Shown here in pieces: positions 28,424-37,732 of a stretch of 64,000 bases of DNA. A model generated the notes under the pieces. It was not told the DNA's origin. It saw only the letters and a program-made list of their open reading frames with translations, and did not search any database. Positions within the stretch are counted from its first letter, which is position 1. The number at the start of each line of letters is the position of its first letter. Source of the stretch: a virus. The DNA is taken from positions 1 through 64,000 of IMG/VR virus record IMGVR_UViG_3300034062_006900; one strand, written 5' to 3'. The translations under genes were made by a program, and so were the position numbers.

Positions 28424-28747
28424 TTAATTTAATAAGGTCATTACCTCATTAGGAGACATTACGCCAGCCTTTGAGAATACCTCTTTGCCTTCTTTGAAGA
28501 TTTTTATTGTTGGAACACTTCTGATTCCGAGTTCAGTCATCACATATTCTTTGTCTGTGTCGATATCATATTTGTAAATGTTATAAGATGGTGAACCATT
28601 TGATTCTTTGATTAAAGATTCATTCACCTTTGATAGGTTGTTGAGCATGATTTTGCAAGGTCCACACCATGTGGCGAAAAGGTCCAACACAAAGTTTTCA
28701 CCTTCACTAATTTTTTGTTTAAGTTCTGCTGTTGTTAGTTGTTTCAT
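28424..28747 (-). CDS. trxA: thioredoxin
   Basis: FATWCGPCK, IRSVPT. Confidence 0.9.
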   Translation of the reverse strand: MKQLTTAELKQKISEGENFVLDLFATWCGPCKIMLNNLSKVNESLIKESNGSPSYNIYKYDIDTDKEYVMTELGIRSVPTIKIFKEGKEVFSKAGVMSPNEVMTLLN

Positions 28748-29072
28748 TTTTATATTGTTTTAATAATTGTGACAAGAACAGATATAATTCATTATACTGT
28801 TCAACGTTATAATAAATAGTTAATTTCGAAATTGTATCTGATTGAGGAATCACTCGGATTTTAACATGTAAATAAAAGTTTTGTTGACTCTTGAAAATTA
28901 CTTCTTCGAATTTTGTAAAGCCCATCTCAGTCATCGAGGATTTTTCATAAACTCTTGTCAATTTTCTTTCGTGGAGAAACTTTAAAAATTCTCCTTTGAG
29001 TTCGTAACAAACCATAACTGAAAAGAAATTATCTTTCGATTCTAAATTTTGTATGTATTCTGGTTTTTCCAT
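28719..29072 (-). CDS. hypothetical protein
   Basis: Coupled ORF. Confidence 0.65.
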   Translation of the reverse strand: MEKPEYIQNLESKDNFFSVMVCYELKGEFLKFLHERKLTRVYEKSSMTEMGFTKFEEVIFKSQQNFYLHVKIRVIPQSDTISKLTIYYNVEQYNELYLFLSQLLKQYKNETTNNSRT

Positions 29073-30715
29073 TAGATTGGTAAATAAAAATTTGAATAAT
29101 TGTTTTCGATGTTAGTAAAAGTCCACCTTAATAGTCCACTATCATTCCAATGCGTATCAGAATTTAACGTCATTCCATTGTTACACTTCTTAATCAATTT
29201 AACGGTCTCAAATCTTTTATCTCTAACACAAGATAATACTACTTGGTCTAATTTCAAGAGAACAGTTGTCCAATCTTCCTCCAACTTTTGGTTGAACTTC
29301 CCCAAACTTTGGACTCTATCCGCATAAATGACATCATCTTTTTTTGTCAGTCTATATTCTATCGTTGCTCTTTCGTTTAGAGATTCACCAGTCCTCACAG
29401 AAATAATCAAACAACTTGGTTTTCCGATATACCCTTTCACGCAGTTTGATTGGTGATTACTTTCCTCGTTATATCCATCACTTGTATCAAGAAGGACAGG
29501 GTGAAAATCATCATAAATTGGTTGAGCAATCATTTCATACATATACTCTGGGTATATCCTTGTGTAAATCCCCTTTCTGTAGTGTTGAAGTTTATCTGTC
29601 CAATCCAAATGTTCTCTGTTAAAATCGTATTTGTTTTCAAATGAATACCATTTCAAATCATGTTCTCCAAACATTTTTAATTCTGTATACATTCTGATGT
29701 GGTCAACGAAAGTATATGTGTCTAAGTTCTGATGAACGTATGTTTCTTTGAATAAAGAATAAACTCTTTTTAATTCATCTGTTGTAACTAATTCGAGGAA
29801 TAATTCAGGAACCGCAAATGACCCGATGATTGAGTTCAATAAATCCAATATTACATTTCCATCTTGATTCAACCAATCATCACCAAATAGTTTTCTTGCT
29901 GTAATATAAAGACTTATATTCAGGTTGGTGCATTCATGCAATGCTTTTTTGATTTTCTTTCCATGAAGTCCATGCTTCGCCATTACAGCGTCAACAAGTC
30001 TACCATTCTTTTTCTTTATCAACTTTTTGATTTCGGGACCAAACAGGGCTTCAGTGTATATGTTGAAATTGTTCGGATATTTGATTCCTCTTTTATTAAG
30101 ATAAAATCTCAATAGTCTATCACTATAATTCAATTGTTCAAAATTGGTTCTCTCGTCAATAGCGAACATGAACTCAGAAACTGCTTGGGTTACTTCATCA
30201 TATGCATTATCTGTATAGTGAGTAAAAAGATTCTTCATTTGGGATTTTAGTCCATTCAACGGGTCATTGATAAAACAATTTCTTCTTATACTTTTAACAC
30301 ACTTTTTTTTTCTTTGATACCCATGAATGTGTCCGTGATAGACATCACCAGTCTTAGTATTAACTGAAATGTAATTAACATTCTTGCTAACCTTGAACCA
30401 TGGTCTTCCTTCTCTTCTATTTTTATACCCTTGAAACATTTTGATAGCAACCTTATCCCCATTTCTTTCAACCACAACCATTACGTATTCGACCATTACA
30501 GAATATAGTTGGTTTGCAAAGTTTTCAACAAAACATTCTTCTGTTGTATTTGAAGATTCCCTAACGAATAATGGGTGTTTTTGTGTAGGTGTTTCCTCTA
30601 TAACCAATCCGAACAATTCGGACATGTGAGTATTTTTTGATTTAATAACATTACAGTCTCTGAACTTAATACTATTATACTTCTTAAAACTTATCTTATA
30701 GATTTCTTCTTTCAT
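29072..30715 (-). CDS. PcfJ domain protein
   Basis: EESNHQSNCVKGY...RATIEY...Q.LGKFN; TATATTTG element at 30721-30728. Confidence 0.75.
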   Translation of the reverse strand: MKEEIYKISFKKYNSIKFRDCNVIKSKNTHMSELFGLVIEETPTQKHPLFVRESSNTTEECFVENFANQLYSVMVEYVMVVVERNGDKVAIKMFQGYKNRREGRPWFKVSKNVNYISVNTKTGDVYHGHIHGYQRKKKCVKSIRRNCFINDPLNGLKSQMKNLFTHYTDNAYDEVTQAVSEFMFAIDERTNFEQLNYSDRLLRFYLNKRGIKYPNNFNIYTEALFGPEIKKLIKKKNGRLVDAVMAKHGLHGKKIKKALHECTNLNISLYITARKLFGDDWLNQDGNVILDLLNSIIGSFAVPELFLELVTTDELKRVYSLFKETYVHQNLDTYTFVDHIRMYTELKMFGEHDLKWYSFENKYDFNREHLDWTDKLQHYRKGIYTRIYPEYMYEMIAQPIYDDFHPVLLDTSDGYNEESNHQSNCVKGYIGKPSCLIISVRTGESLNERATIEYRLTKKDDVIYADRVQSLGKFNQKLEEDWTTVLLKLDQVVLSCVRDKRFETVKLIKKCNNGMTLNSDTHWNDSGLLRWTFTNIENNYSNFYLPI

Positions 30716-30769
30716 CCTTGCAAATATAGGGAAAATAAAAATGGGAGACAATTTGTCCCCCATTTATTT

Positions 30770-31519
30770 TTAACAATAAGATTCGGCTAACTCCCACAAC
30801 CCTGTGTTAACCTTGTTGATGTTATAAAAGTTTTTCAACTCTCTCATAGAAACGACTCTTCCTTTTTTTGAATTATACTTCATTCCACCACGAACGAACT
30901 TCTCTTGAATTACATTGAAGGTCTTCCATACACTGTTACCAACATCCCCATCTCTTTCAGGACGTAAGAACTCTTCCACGTTGAACTTAGGTATTGAACC
31001 TTTTTCCCAACGAATCATTGCAGATTTGTTTACGAAGTCTACTAATTGTCCTTCACCTAAGAATGTTGTTTCCATCTTACCAACAGACCTCTGAATAACT
31101 GGTAGTCTTTCAGCGAATTGGTCTGTGATTTCTCTCACCATACCCAAGTCAAAGTTCATGTGTCTAACTGAAATTGCGTCAGCAACTGAGGTAGGGACAG
31201 TGAGTCCGTTAGAACATACCAATCTGTATAATCCTGAACTCACAGAGAAGGAACTAATTCCATTGTGAGAGTTTCTGATTACAGCCTCAATTAATGAGTC
31301 ACCAACTTGTGGCATTTGACCATTACGAAGACGAAGCTCATGTTGAGCATAATTTCCTTTACCGACTTGTTTGGCTGAATAAACCTTCCAACCCTCTCTA
31401 TCAAAGTTTTCAACGACTTCAATAGTTGGAACGAAGGTATACTTGTCAGACATCTTGGGTGATGGACTCGTTGCGAATACTGAAGGGGCAACTTCCTGTA
31501 GGGTTTCTATTGATAACAT
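30770..31519 (-). CDS. DUF932/DUF945 family protein
   Basis: APSVF...SDKYTFVPT...NSHNG...GLYRLVCSNGL...N.GLW. Confidence 0.88.
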   Translation of the reverse strand: MLSIETLQEVAPSVFATSPSPKMSDKYTFVPTIEVVENFDREGWKVYSAKQVGKGNYAQHELRLRNGQMPQVGDSLIEAVIRNSHNGISSFSVSSGLYRLVCSNGLTVPTSVADAISVRHMNFDLGMVREITDQFAERLPVIQRSVGKMETTFLGEGQLVDFVNKSAMIRWEKGSIPKFNVEEFLRPERDGDVGNSVWKTFNVIQEKFVRGGMKYNSKKGRVVSMRELKNFYNINKVNTGLWELAESYC

Positions 31520-31538
31520 ATCTTATTGTTTTAGAACA

Positions 31539-31570
31539 CAAAGATAAGCCCAACAATTTAATCTGCCAAA
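31539..31570 (-). promoter_or_regulatory. Bacteroidota-type promoter
   Basis: TTTG-N20-TATCTTTG. Confidence 0.75.
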
Positions 31571-31571
31571 A

Positions 31572-31853
31572 TTAATTTAAGCAAATATCCCCAAATTTCG
31601 TTTTTTGAAAAATTTTTGAGTTTGTAACATTCTCTTCTATAACCTGACCGTTAAGTTCACGACAGATATCAATCATCTGTTTTTGAGTTAAGGGAACCTC
31701 TTTACCTCCATCATAGTTTGACAATGCTGTCTCTTTGACTTTAACATAAAATTTTTCTTCCATGTTTTTTGGAACAAGATTTAATAAATCTTTCGGGTTT
31801 TCCCTGAAAAACTTCATGATGTTTGACATATATATTTCAACATCAACACTCAT
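31572..31853 (-). CDS. hypothetical protein
   Basis: ORF starting MSVDVEIY. Confidence 0.65.
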   Translation of the reverse strand: MSVDVEIYMSNIMKFFRENPKDLLNLVPKNMEEKFYVKVKETALSNYDGGKEVPLTQKQMIDICRELNGQVIEENVTNSKIFQKTKFGDICLN

Positions 31854-31863
31854 GGTAATAAAT

Positions 31864-33216
31864 TTAAGATACGTTTTGTAAATCGAACATGTTGTCACCG
31901 TAACTAGTTGACCTGTCAAGAATCGATTGAGGCACTTTCACGTTTGGACTTCCCTTTAAATTCAAGAACAATAAACTCGGTAAATCATTCACACATTCAG
32001 GGATTGAGGTCAACTTAGGGTTGTTAATTAACGCCAAAAATCTCAATTTAGGTAACGTGCAAACAGAATCAGGAATACTATCGATACAATTATCAAGTAA
32101 AATCATCTTAAGATTTTTGAATCTTCCGATTGATTCAGGAATAGGAATTAAAATGTCAGTCTTATCTCTGTTGTTGATAATTTGGAATTCAGTAATACTT
32201 TCAGGTAAAGAATCAATTAACTCATCTAAACCATAAAGAGCAATGAACTTACCAATCGCACCATGTTGGAAACTATCAACAACAAATTTCTCACCACCAA
32301 CTGTTAATCCTCTTGCAAACTCAGGTTTGAAATATTGTTTAAGTTCTTCCATCGGACCATTAAGGAATTGAACCAAGTCAATACTATGGTCATGAACATC
32401 CATAAATTGATTAGAAGGGAAATGGAATTGATATCTATCAGCAGGTAATCCAGACTTTTGTCCTAATTTACCTTCCTTAGCTTCATTAGGGATAACAACA
32501 TACAATGGACCATCTTTGATATATCTATCAAAATAAGTTAATCCAGGTCCTGATGTGCACCATCTTGTTTCTCCTTTACTAGGTTCAAGATAATAACCAC
32601 CATAGAAACATGCGGCATCTTTACCTAATTGGGTCTTGTCTGTAATTCTAACAACAGTCCACTTGTCACCTCTATACACTACTTCACCACCAGGGTGAGC
32701 ATATGTTTTTGAAGCCTCTTCTTTTTCCTGAGCACTTGCCTTAGTTTTTTCTAATGAGAAATCTTTTACAGCGTCGTAAAGTTGTGATGGAGTTAATTTG
32801 TTTAAATCTCTTTCACCTTCGATACGAGATTTAAATCTATCAAACTTCATTAAGTCATTAGTAATCTTAGCCAAATCTTCGATGTATACGTCCTTAAATC
32901 TCTTAACTTCTTCTTCATATCCTCTATCACCAGGTTGTCTTTCAGTTATAGGTAATAAGTAATTCTTGATAATCCAATTCACATACTTACCAGCTTTAAC
33001 TTTTTGTAAGTCATCACTTTGAGCAGTTTCCAAATCAACATTGTTCAATTTGGTAGTAGGGTCAGCCTGAAGCAAAGTGTAGAACTCCTCCTTACTTAAT
33101 TTTGGTTTAACCGATTTACCCTCTTTGTTTTTTGTTGGTTTTGTTAAAGCATCAAACAAAACCTCAAACTTGGTTTGTTCCAAAATGACAGACTTCAATA
33201 ATGACGTAAATTTCAT
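31864..33216 (-). CDS. TRWC-motif domain protein with C-terminal leucine-rich repeats
   Basis: ACFYGG...ETRWCTS...FDRY...GPLYV; IPESIGRFKNLKMILL / IPDSVCTLPKLRFLAL repeats. Confidence 0.8.
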   Translation of the reverse strand: MKFTSLLKSVILEQTKFEVLFDALTKPTKNKEGKSVKPKLSKEEFYTLLQADPTTKLNNVDLETAQSDDLQKVKAGKYVNWIIKNYLLPITERQPGDRGYEEEVKRFKDVYIEDLAKITNDLMKFDRFKSRIEGERDLNKLTPSQLYDAVKDFSLEKTKASAQEKEEASKTYAHPGGEVVYRGDKWTVVRITDKTQLGKDAACFYGGYYLEPSKGETRWCTSGPGLTYFDRYIKDGPLYVVIPNEAKEGKLGQKSGLPADRYQFHFPSNQFMDVHDHSIDLVQFLNGPMEELKQYFKPEFARGLTVGGEKFVVDSFQHGAIGKFIALYGLDELIDSLPESITEFQIINNRDKTDILIPIPESIGRFKNLKMILLDNCIDSIPDSVCTLPKLRFLALINNPKLTSIPECVNDLPSLLFLNLKGSPNVKVPQSILDRSTSYGDNMFDLQNVS

Positions 33217-33259
33217 CTAAAAGAATTTAATAATAAATATATTGTTTCAGCAAAAATAA

Positions 33260-34099
33260 CTAATAATTCAATATCAACAGCTCTTCCCCCATATTTTGTT
33301 TTGTATTTTTTTTCGCCGCAGCCGCTTTCGCAAATTCTTTTTTCTCCCATCTGTATTGGTTCTCAGGAAACCAATCGTGTAATAAGGGAAAATCATAATA
33401 TGATAAACTGAAATTACCCTCAACCTGTTTCAACACATTTGCTAGTCTTTCGTGGTCTCCACTGTCAAAATCATGGTTATTATAATAGTTCTCAGTTTTC
33501 CAATATGGAGGGTCCAAATAAATATAAGTCGACGGTGAGTCATACTTTTCAATTACTTGTTGGAAGTCCATATTCTCAACATTGGTGATTTTTTCAAAAT
33601 GCGATATCCAATCAGGTTTTGATAACTTGTCCCTAAACGAAAGGTATTTGGACCTGTATTTTCCCTTCAAATCAATAAACGATGAAGTCTCAGGCTTACT
33701 ACCCGAAAAGACCTGTGTGAGGACATATGCGTATTTGGCAGCTACCTCATAGTCAGGATAGTTTATTGTAAAACCACTACCAAATATTTCCTGTTGATAT
33801 GTAACAAATTTTTCCCTGAATTCAGGTGGTGTTGCATCCACACCAACTTGTTGGACTGTTATCGAATCCAACGCTCTTTGTAGTTCACTTGGATTTTGAA
33901 CACATTGGAATAGATTGTAGTTTAATGGGTTGAAGTCGTTATAAACAACTCGTTTAAGATTTGGGTATTTACTCAAATCCATATTAAAGAAACACCAAAA
34001 CATTCCACCGAATGTTTCTACATATGTTTCCATGTCTTCGGAATAAAATGGAACTATCCATTTACCGATTTTTGATTTTCCTCCTATATAACTTAACAT
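33260..34099 (-). CDS. dam: D12-class (Dam-like) DNA adenine methyltransferase
   Basis: YIGGKS, YVETFGG, VYNDFN, YLDPPY, EELLILNY. Confidence 0.9.
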   Translation of the reverse strand: MLSYIGGKSKIGKWIVPFYSEDMETYVETFGGMFWCFFNMDLSKYPNLKRVVYNDFNPLNYNLFQCVQNPSELQRALDSITVQQVGVDATPPEFREKFVTYQQEIFGSGFTINYPDYEVAAKYAYVLTQVFSGSKPETSSFIDLKGKYRSKYLSFRDKLSKPDWISHFEKITNVENMDFQQVIEKYDSPSTYIYLDPPYWKTENYYNNHDFDSGDHERLANVLKQVEGNFSLSYYDFPLLHDWFPENQYRWEKKEFAKAAAAKKNTKQNMGEELLILNY

Positions 34100-34135
34100 A
34101 TAAGAATTATAATAAAAAAAATATAAAAGGCAAAT

Positions 34136-34309
34136 TTACTTGTAACAATTTTTATAAGGTCTGCAAGATGCTTTCTGTGTGAATCCCATTTCTTTACATG
34201 AGGTTGACTCACAATAGGATTTACTATATTTTCTAGGTTTCTTAAATTTCTTTTGTCCCTTCTCCTCTAAGTAGGTGTAGAGGACTCTCCTAATTTGTTC
34301 ACTTAACAT
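34136..34309 (-). CDS. small basic Cys-containing protein (57 aa)
   Basis: Manual translation MLSEQIRRVLYTYLEEKGQKKFKKPRKYSKSYCESTSCKEMGFTQKASCRPYKNCYK; TATTTAT at 34314-34320. Confidence 0.6.
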   Translation of the reverse strand: MLSEQIRRVLYTYLEEKGQKKFKKPRKYSKSYCESTSCKEMGFTQKASCRPYKNCYK

Positions 34310-34319
34310 AATTATAAAT

Positions 34320-34472
34320 ATGCAGGAAACTACTACTGGTTGTAAAAAATGTAGACAACGTGATAGACGTGGTTATCAATGGTTGATGGTTGTCTTTGGA
34401 TTCTACGTAATCTTTTCTTCGATTTACGGGTCAATTACTCTATTCAAAGAATTTCTAAAACTTATTAAATAG
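34320..34472 (+). CDS. small CxxC plus TM protein (50 aa)
   Basis: Manual translation MQETTTGCKKCRQRDRRGYQWLMVVFGFYVIFSSIYGSITLFKEFLKLIK. Confidence 0.55.
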   Translation: MQETTTGCKKCRQRDRRGYQWLMVVFGFYVIFSSIYGSITLFKEFLKLIK

Positions 34473-35391
34473 GTCTGTCGTATTTGAGAATTAATTTCAA
34501 ATACATATCTCCATTGAAATATCCTTTCCCTCTTAACCTTAGTGGTTTAGATGTGTCGATTGTTTTCGGTGCTTGGACAATTAATTCCCCATCTGGGTGA
34601 GGTATTGAAAACTTATCCTGTTGAATACCATTCAAGTCTAATACCAAATTGTATATCAAATCATTATTTAATTTTTCAAATCCATCGTGTGGAACTGTCT
34701 CAATCTGAATCAACAAGTCACCATATTCTCCGTTCCTGAAATCTCCAACATCACCAACCTTTAGAAACTGTCCACTGTCTGCACCCACAGGTATGTTAAT
34801 CTTCAATTCACTTGTTGATTGTTTTGTTCCTCTACCATCACAGTAATAACATTTATGGACTAAGGTATATCCTTTACCACCACAGGTATTACAAACAGTT
34901 CTGATTTGTTGAACCATAAATCCTGTTCCAAATTGTTTTACTTGGAATCCTGCACCTCCACATGTTTGACAAGCCTGTTGGTCTCCACCACCTCCACCAC
35001 AATTATTACAATGAATATCCCTGAAGTAACTCACATTCTTTTCCGTTCCCAAGTAAGATTCTTGAGGAGTTATTTGAACTCTTATGATTTTATCTGGTGC
35101 ACTTTTTCTTCTTGATTGTTGTTGTCTGAATCCATTAGCCCCTCCAAACATTTGACTGAACATGTTTTCAAAGTCACTACCAGCATACGGATTAGTCTTT
35201 CTTTGATTGTATTGTTGTCTTTTCTCAGTATTACCTAACGTTTCATACGCCTCATTAATCTCTTTGAATTTTTCAGCTCCATCGGGATTAACATCAGGAT
35301 GAAACTTTTTGGATAGACTTCTATAACTTTTTTTTATGTCCTCATCTGAAGCATTCTCTTCAACTTCTAAAATTTTGTAGTAATCTTTCAT
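34465..35391 (-). CDS. dnaJ: DnaJ chaperone
   Basis: J domain with HPD, four CxxCxGxG motifs, C-terminal domain. Confidence 0.93.
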   Translation of the reverse strand: MKDYYKILEVEENASDEDIKKSYRSLSKKFHPDVNPDGAEKFKEINEAYETLGNTEKRQQYNQRKTNPYAGSDFENMFSQMFGGANGFRQQQSRRKSAPDKIIRVQITPQESYLGTEKNVSYFRDIHCNNCGGGGGDQQACQTCGGAGFQVKQFGTGFMVQQIRTVCNTCGGKGYTLVHKCYYCDGRGTKQSTSELKINIPVGADSGQFLKVGDVGDFRNGEYGDLLIQIETVPHDGFEKLNNDLIYNLVLDLNGIQQDKFSIPHPDGELIVQAPKTIDTSKPLRLRGKGYFNGDMYLKLILKYDRPI

Positions 35392-35393
35392 AT

Positions 35394-36038
35394 ATGCATA
35401 GATATTCTGTTATCTTATTCAAGGATAAAGTAAGGAGAAAAATAATAAAGAAATTTATTTCTCTCAAGAAGGCTGATGAGTTTTTTATTAAGGAAAAATC
35501 AAAGTCTGATGAGGTATCATTTGATGTCATCTATGAGAATGGTATGGAATGCAAATATGAAATTGCTCTTGTGGATTCTCAACCAAATCACTCCGCACCT
35601 GTTTATCTCACAGATGAATTTGGTAGAAACATAAGAGTTAAGTTGGATGATACGAACAATTCTATTCTGAAGATATCTAACTATAGGAAGGAAGAATTGA
35701 TATTTGATTTGACTAAAAAGAAAAAGATATCTTTCGGAGAATTTGTAAAAACATATTTGGGAACTCAATCCTTAAAAATGGTTTCATCACTGAACAATAA
35801 GGTTGTTGTTCAAAACGACGAAAAAACAAATCTATTCTCCTTGAAGACTGAATCTGAAGCCGATAGATTCATTGATAGTCTATCGAGTTACTTCTTTAAA
35901 AATAAAAGAGCCGATTGTATCTTCATAAAAGATAACTCATCAGCTCAAAGAAAGTATATGTTGAAATTATTGGAGGAACAAGGATTTGATAAAAAGATTT
36001 TATATAGAAAATCTACGACTCATCCTCGTCTAAAATAA
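35394..36038 (+). CDS. hypothetical protein
   Basis: 214-aa ORF. Confidence 0.7.
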   Translation: MHRYSVILFKDKVRRKIIKKFISLKKADEFFIKEKSKSDEVSFDVIYENGMECKYEIALVDSQPNHSAPVYLTDEFGRNIRVKLDDTNNSILKISNYRKEELIFDLTKKKKISFGEFVKTYLGTQSLKMVSSLNNKVVVQNDEKTNLFSLKTESEADRFIDSLSSYFFKNKRADCIFIKDNSSAQRKYMLKLLEEQGFDKKILYRKSTTHPRLK

Positions 36039-36243
36039 AGTGGAACTCTGTTCCTGAAATATCAATTGAAAATTGTTTGTGATGTCTATCAATTTCTCTG
36101 AAATGAGAAATCACCTTTTCGTATTCGTCTTTCTTAAGTTCGAATACTATAGTTCCTTTTCCAATGAAAGTGCTTTGTATTGATTCGGCAATAAGTGCCA
36201 GTTTTTCTAAGTCCCCAATAGGAGTATCTTGATTTTCTGCCAT
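36013..36243 (-). CDS. hypothetical protein
   Basis: Overlapping operon ORF. Confidence 0.6.
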   Translation of the reverse strand: MAENQDTPIGDLEKLALIAESIQSTFIGKGTIVFELKKDEYEKVISHFREIDRHHKQFSIDISGTEFHFILDEDES

Positions 36244-36389
36244 AAGGTTATTTTTTTTGGTTTTGGAACTAAGTCTTCTCTTTTCAAAGACTTAAGGTCC
36301 TTTAATATTTTCCGTTTGTAAGCTTCAATCTCTTTAGAGTCTTTCTGTTGCTCACTCTTCAGCCAATCCAAGAGTTGTTGGTTCTTCAT
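36207..36389 (-). CDS. hypothetical protein
   Basis: Overlapping operon ORF. Confidence 0.55.
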   Translation of the reverse strand: MKNQQLLDWLKSEQQKDSKEIEAYKRKILKDLKSLKREDLVPKPKKITLWQKIKILLLGT

Positions 36390-36786
36390 CTTCTTCTTCG
36401 TCAATTAAATCATTATCAGGTAGTTCAAAGTCAAAATACAAATTCTGTAGTTTATCCAAATCATTCTTCTCAAATGTTTGTTTCAACTGTTCTATTGTTT
36501 GTTTGAATAACTTCTCTTTAAGTTCCTTCTCTTTGTTTAATTTAATTATCTTGGCAACTTTATTCAAAGTTGTTCCCATGGCGGCTTCATTAATTTCGGT
36601 TACAAATGAAATGCCTTTGAAGTTTGAATCATCTGATTCGAACCCAACCACTTGACCTTCCTCAACGATACTCTTAGGTAGAGACCATTTGGTTGGTAAC
36701 TTTAAATCTATACTCAAATAGTTCTTTAACTTTCTTATTGAATGAATGTATTCAATGAAAGGTTCTAATTCTCTATAAAAACTCAT
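36352..36786 (-). CDS. hypothetical protein
   Basis: Operon ORF. Confidence 0.7.
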   Translation of the reverse strand: MSFYRELEPFIEYIHSIRKLKNYLSIDLKLPTKWSLPKSIVEEGQVVGFESDDSNFKGISFVTEINEAAMGTTLNKVAKIIKLNKEKELKEKLFKQTIEQLKQTFEKNDLDKLQNLYFDFELPDNDLIDEEEDEEPTTLGLAEE

Positions 36787-36971
36787 CTAAAAAAAATATA
36801 TGTTATTATGTAGCTTACTGATAAGCCAAGGAATATGAGTTCCCTGTTACTGTAATCCAATGGTTTTGGTTCTCTCTGTAACAGGGCACTCATAAATTTT
36901 AGGACATTTTTCAATGACACTAATATTGTGAATACTAATATAAAAAAATATATAGATTCAATATTATGCAT
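36783..36971 (-). CDS. small two-TM membrane protein
   Basis: Two hydrophobic segments. Confidence 0.6.
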   Translation of the reverse strand: MHNIESIYFFILVFTILVSLKNVLKFMSALLQREPKPLDYSNRELIFLGLSVSYIITYIFFR

Positions 36972-37146
36972 TAGGTTCAGTCTTTTTGTGGTCAAGAATT
37001 TCTCCTCTTAATTTTTGAAGAAGAGCTTTGATTTCCTGAGCTGTCTTTCTTGCTCTTGTGCCAGCGCTTTTGTTTCCTTTGAAAAACTTAGTGCTATCTA
37101 CAGAAAGAAGTTCAGTCATTTCTTTGATTTGTTCTAAAGTGTCCAT
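36964..37146 (-). CDS. Hc1 histone H1-like protein (Bacteroidota type)
   Basis: KFFKGNKSAGTRARK...LR. Confidence 0.85.
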   Translation of the reverse strand: MDTLEQIKEMTELLSVDSTKFFKGNKSAGTRARKTAQEIKALLQKLRGEILDHKKTEPNA

Positions 37147-37214
37147 TTTAAAAATGAATTTAAAAGTTTATTAATAAGGGAAATATAATTTTTTCTCCAC
37201 TGGTGTAAATAGAA

Positions 37215-37685
37215 TCAAGCTTTTTCTAATTCTATATTTTTTTCGAGTAACTTATACATCTCAGTTAAGATATCCAAATCCGACTTACTAAAAGGTTTAT
37301 CGACATCAAACACATCATCCAAAAATCTTGGAATAGCATCTTTAAGATTTTTTTCTTTCTGATTATAAAAACTATCAAAGAAAAAACTTTTAAAATAATC
37401 CTTGTGTTGACCTCCGTGTTTTATTATAATATTCTCTTTGGAAAAATTATCAAGAACTTTATCCCAACACCATTCGAAGTGAAGGTTGTTGTCATCTTCA
37501 GATATACTGATTCGTGTTTCTGAATCCTCACTACCCAAATAGGTATCCAAAATAGTATGATTAAGTGATTTAAATATATCACCATAAAGTTCAATCTTTT
37601 CATAATTCATATTATGAACATTGAACCAAATTAATACTTCATCTTTTGGGACAGGCTTAGACATCCAATTAAAAAAATTCTCCAT
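37215..37685 (-). CDS. hypothetical protein
   Basis: ORF. Confidence 0.7.
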   Translation of the reverse strand: MENFFNWMSKPVPKDEVLIWFNVHNMNYEKIELYGDIFKSLNHTILDTYLGSEDSETRISISEDDNNLHFEWCWDKVLDNFSKENIIIKHGGQHKDYFKSFFFDSFYNQKEKNLKDAIPRFLDDVFDVDKPFSKSDLDILTEMYKLLEKNIELEKA

Positions 37686-37732
37686 AGAAATTATCTATGG
37701 AGAATATAATAAAGTTGATTTAAATGTGAATT

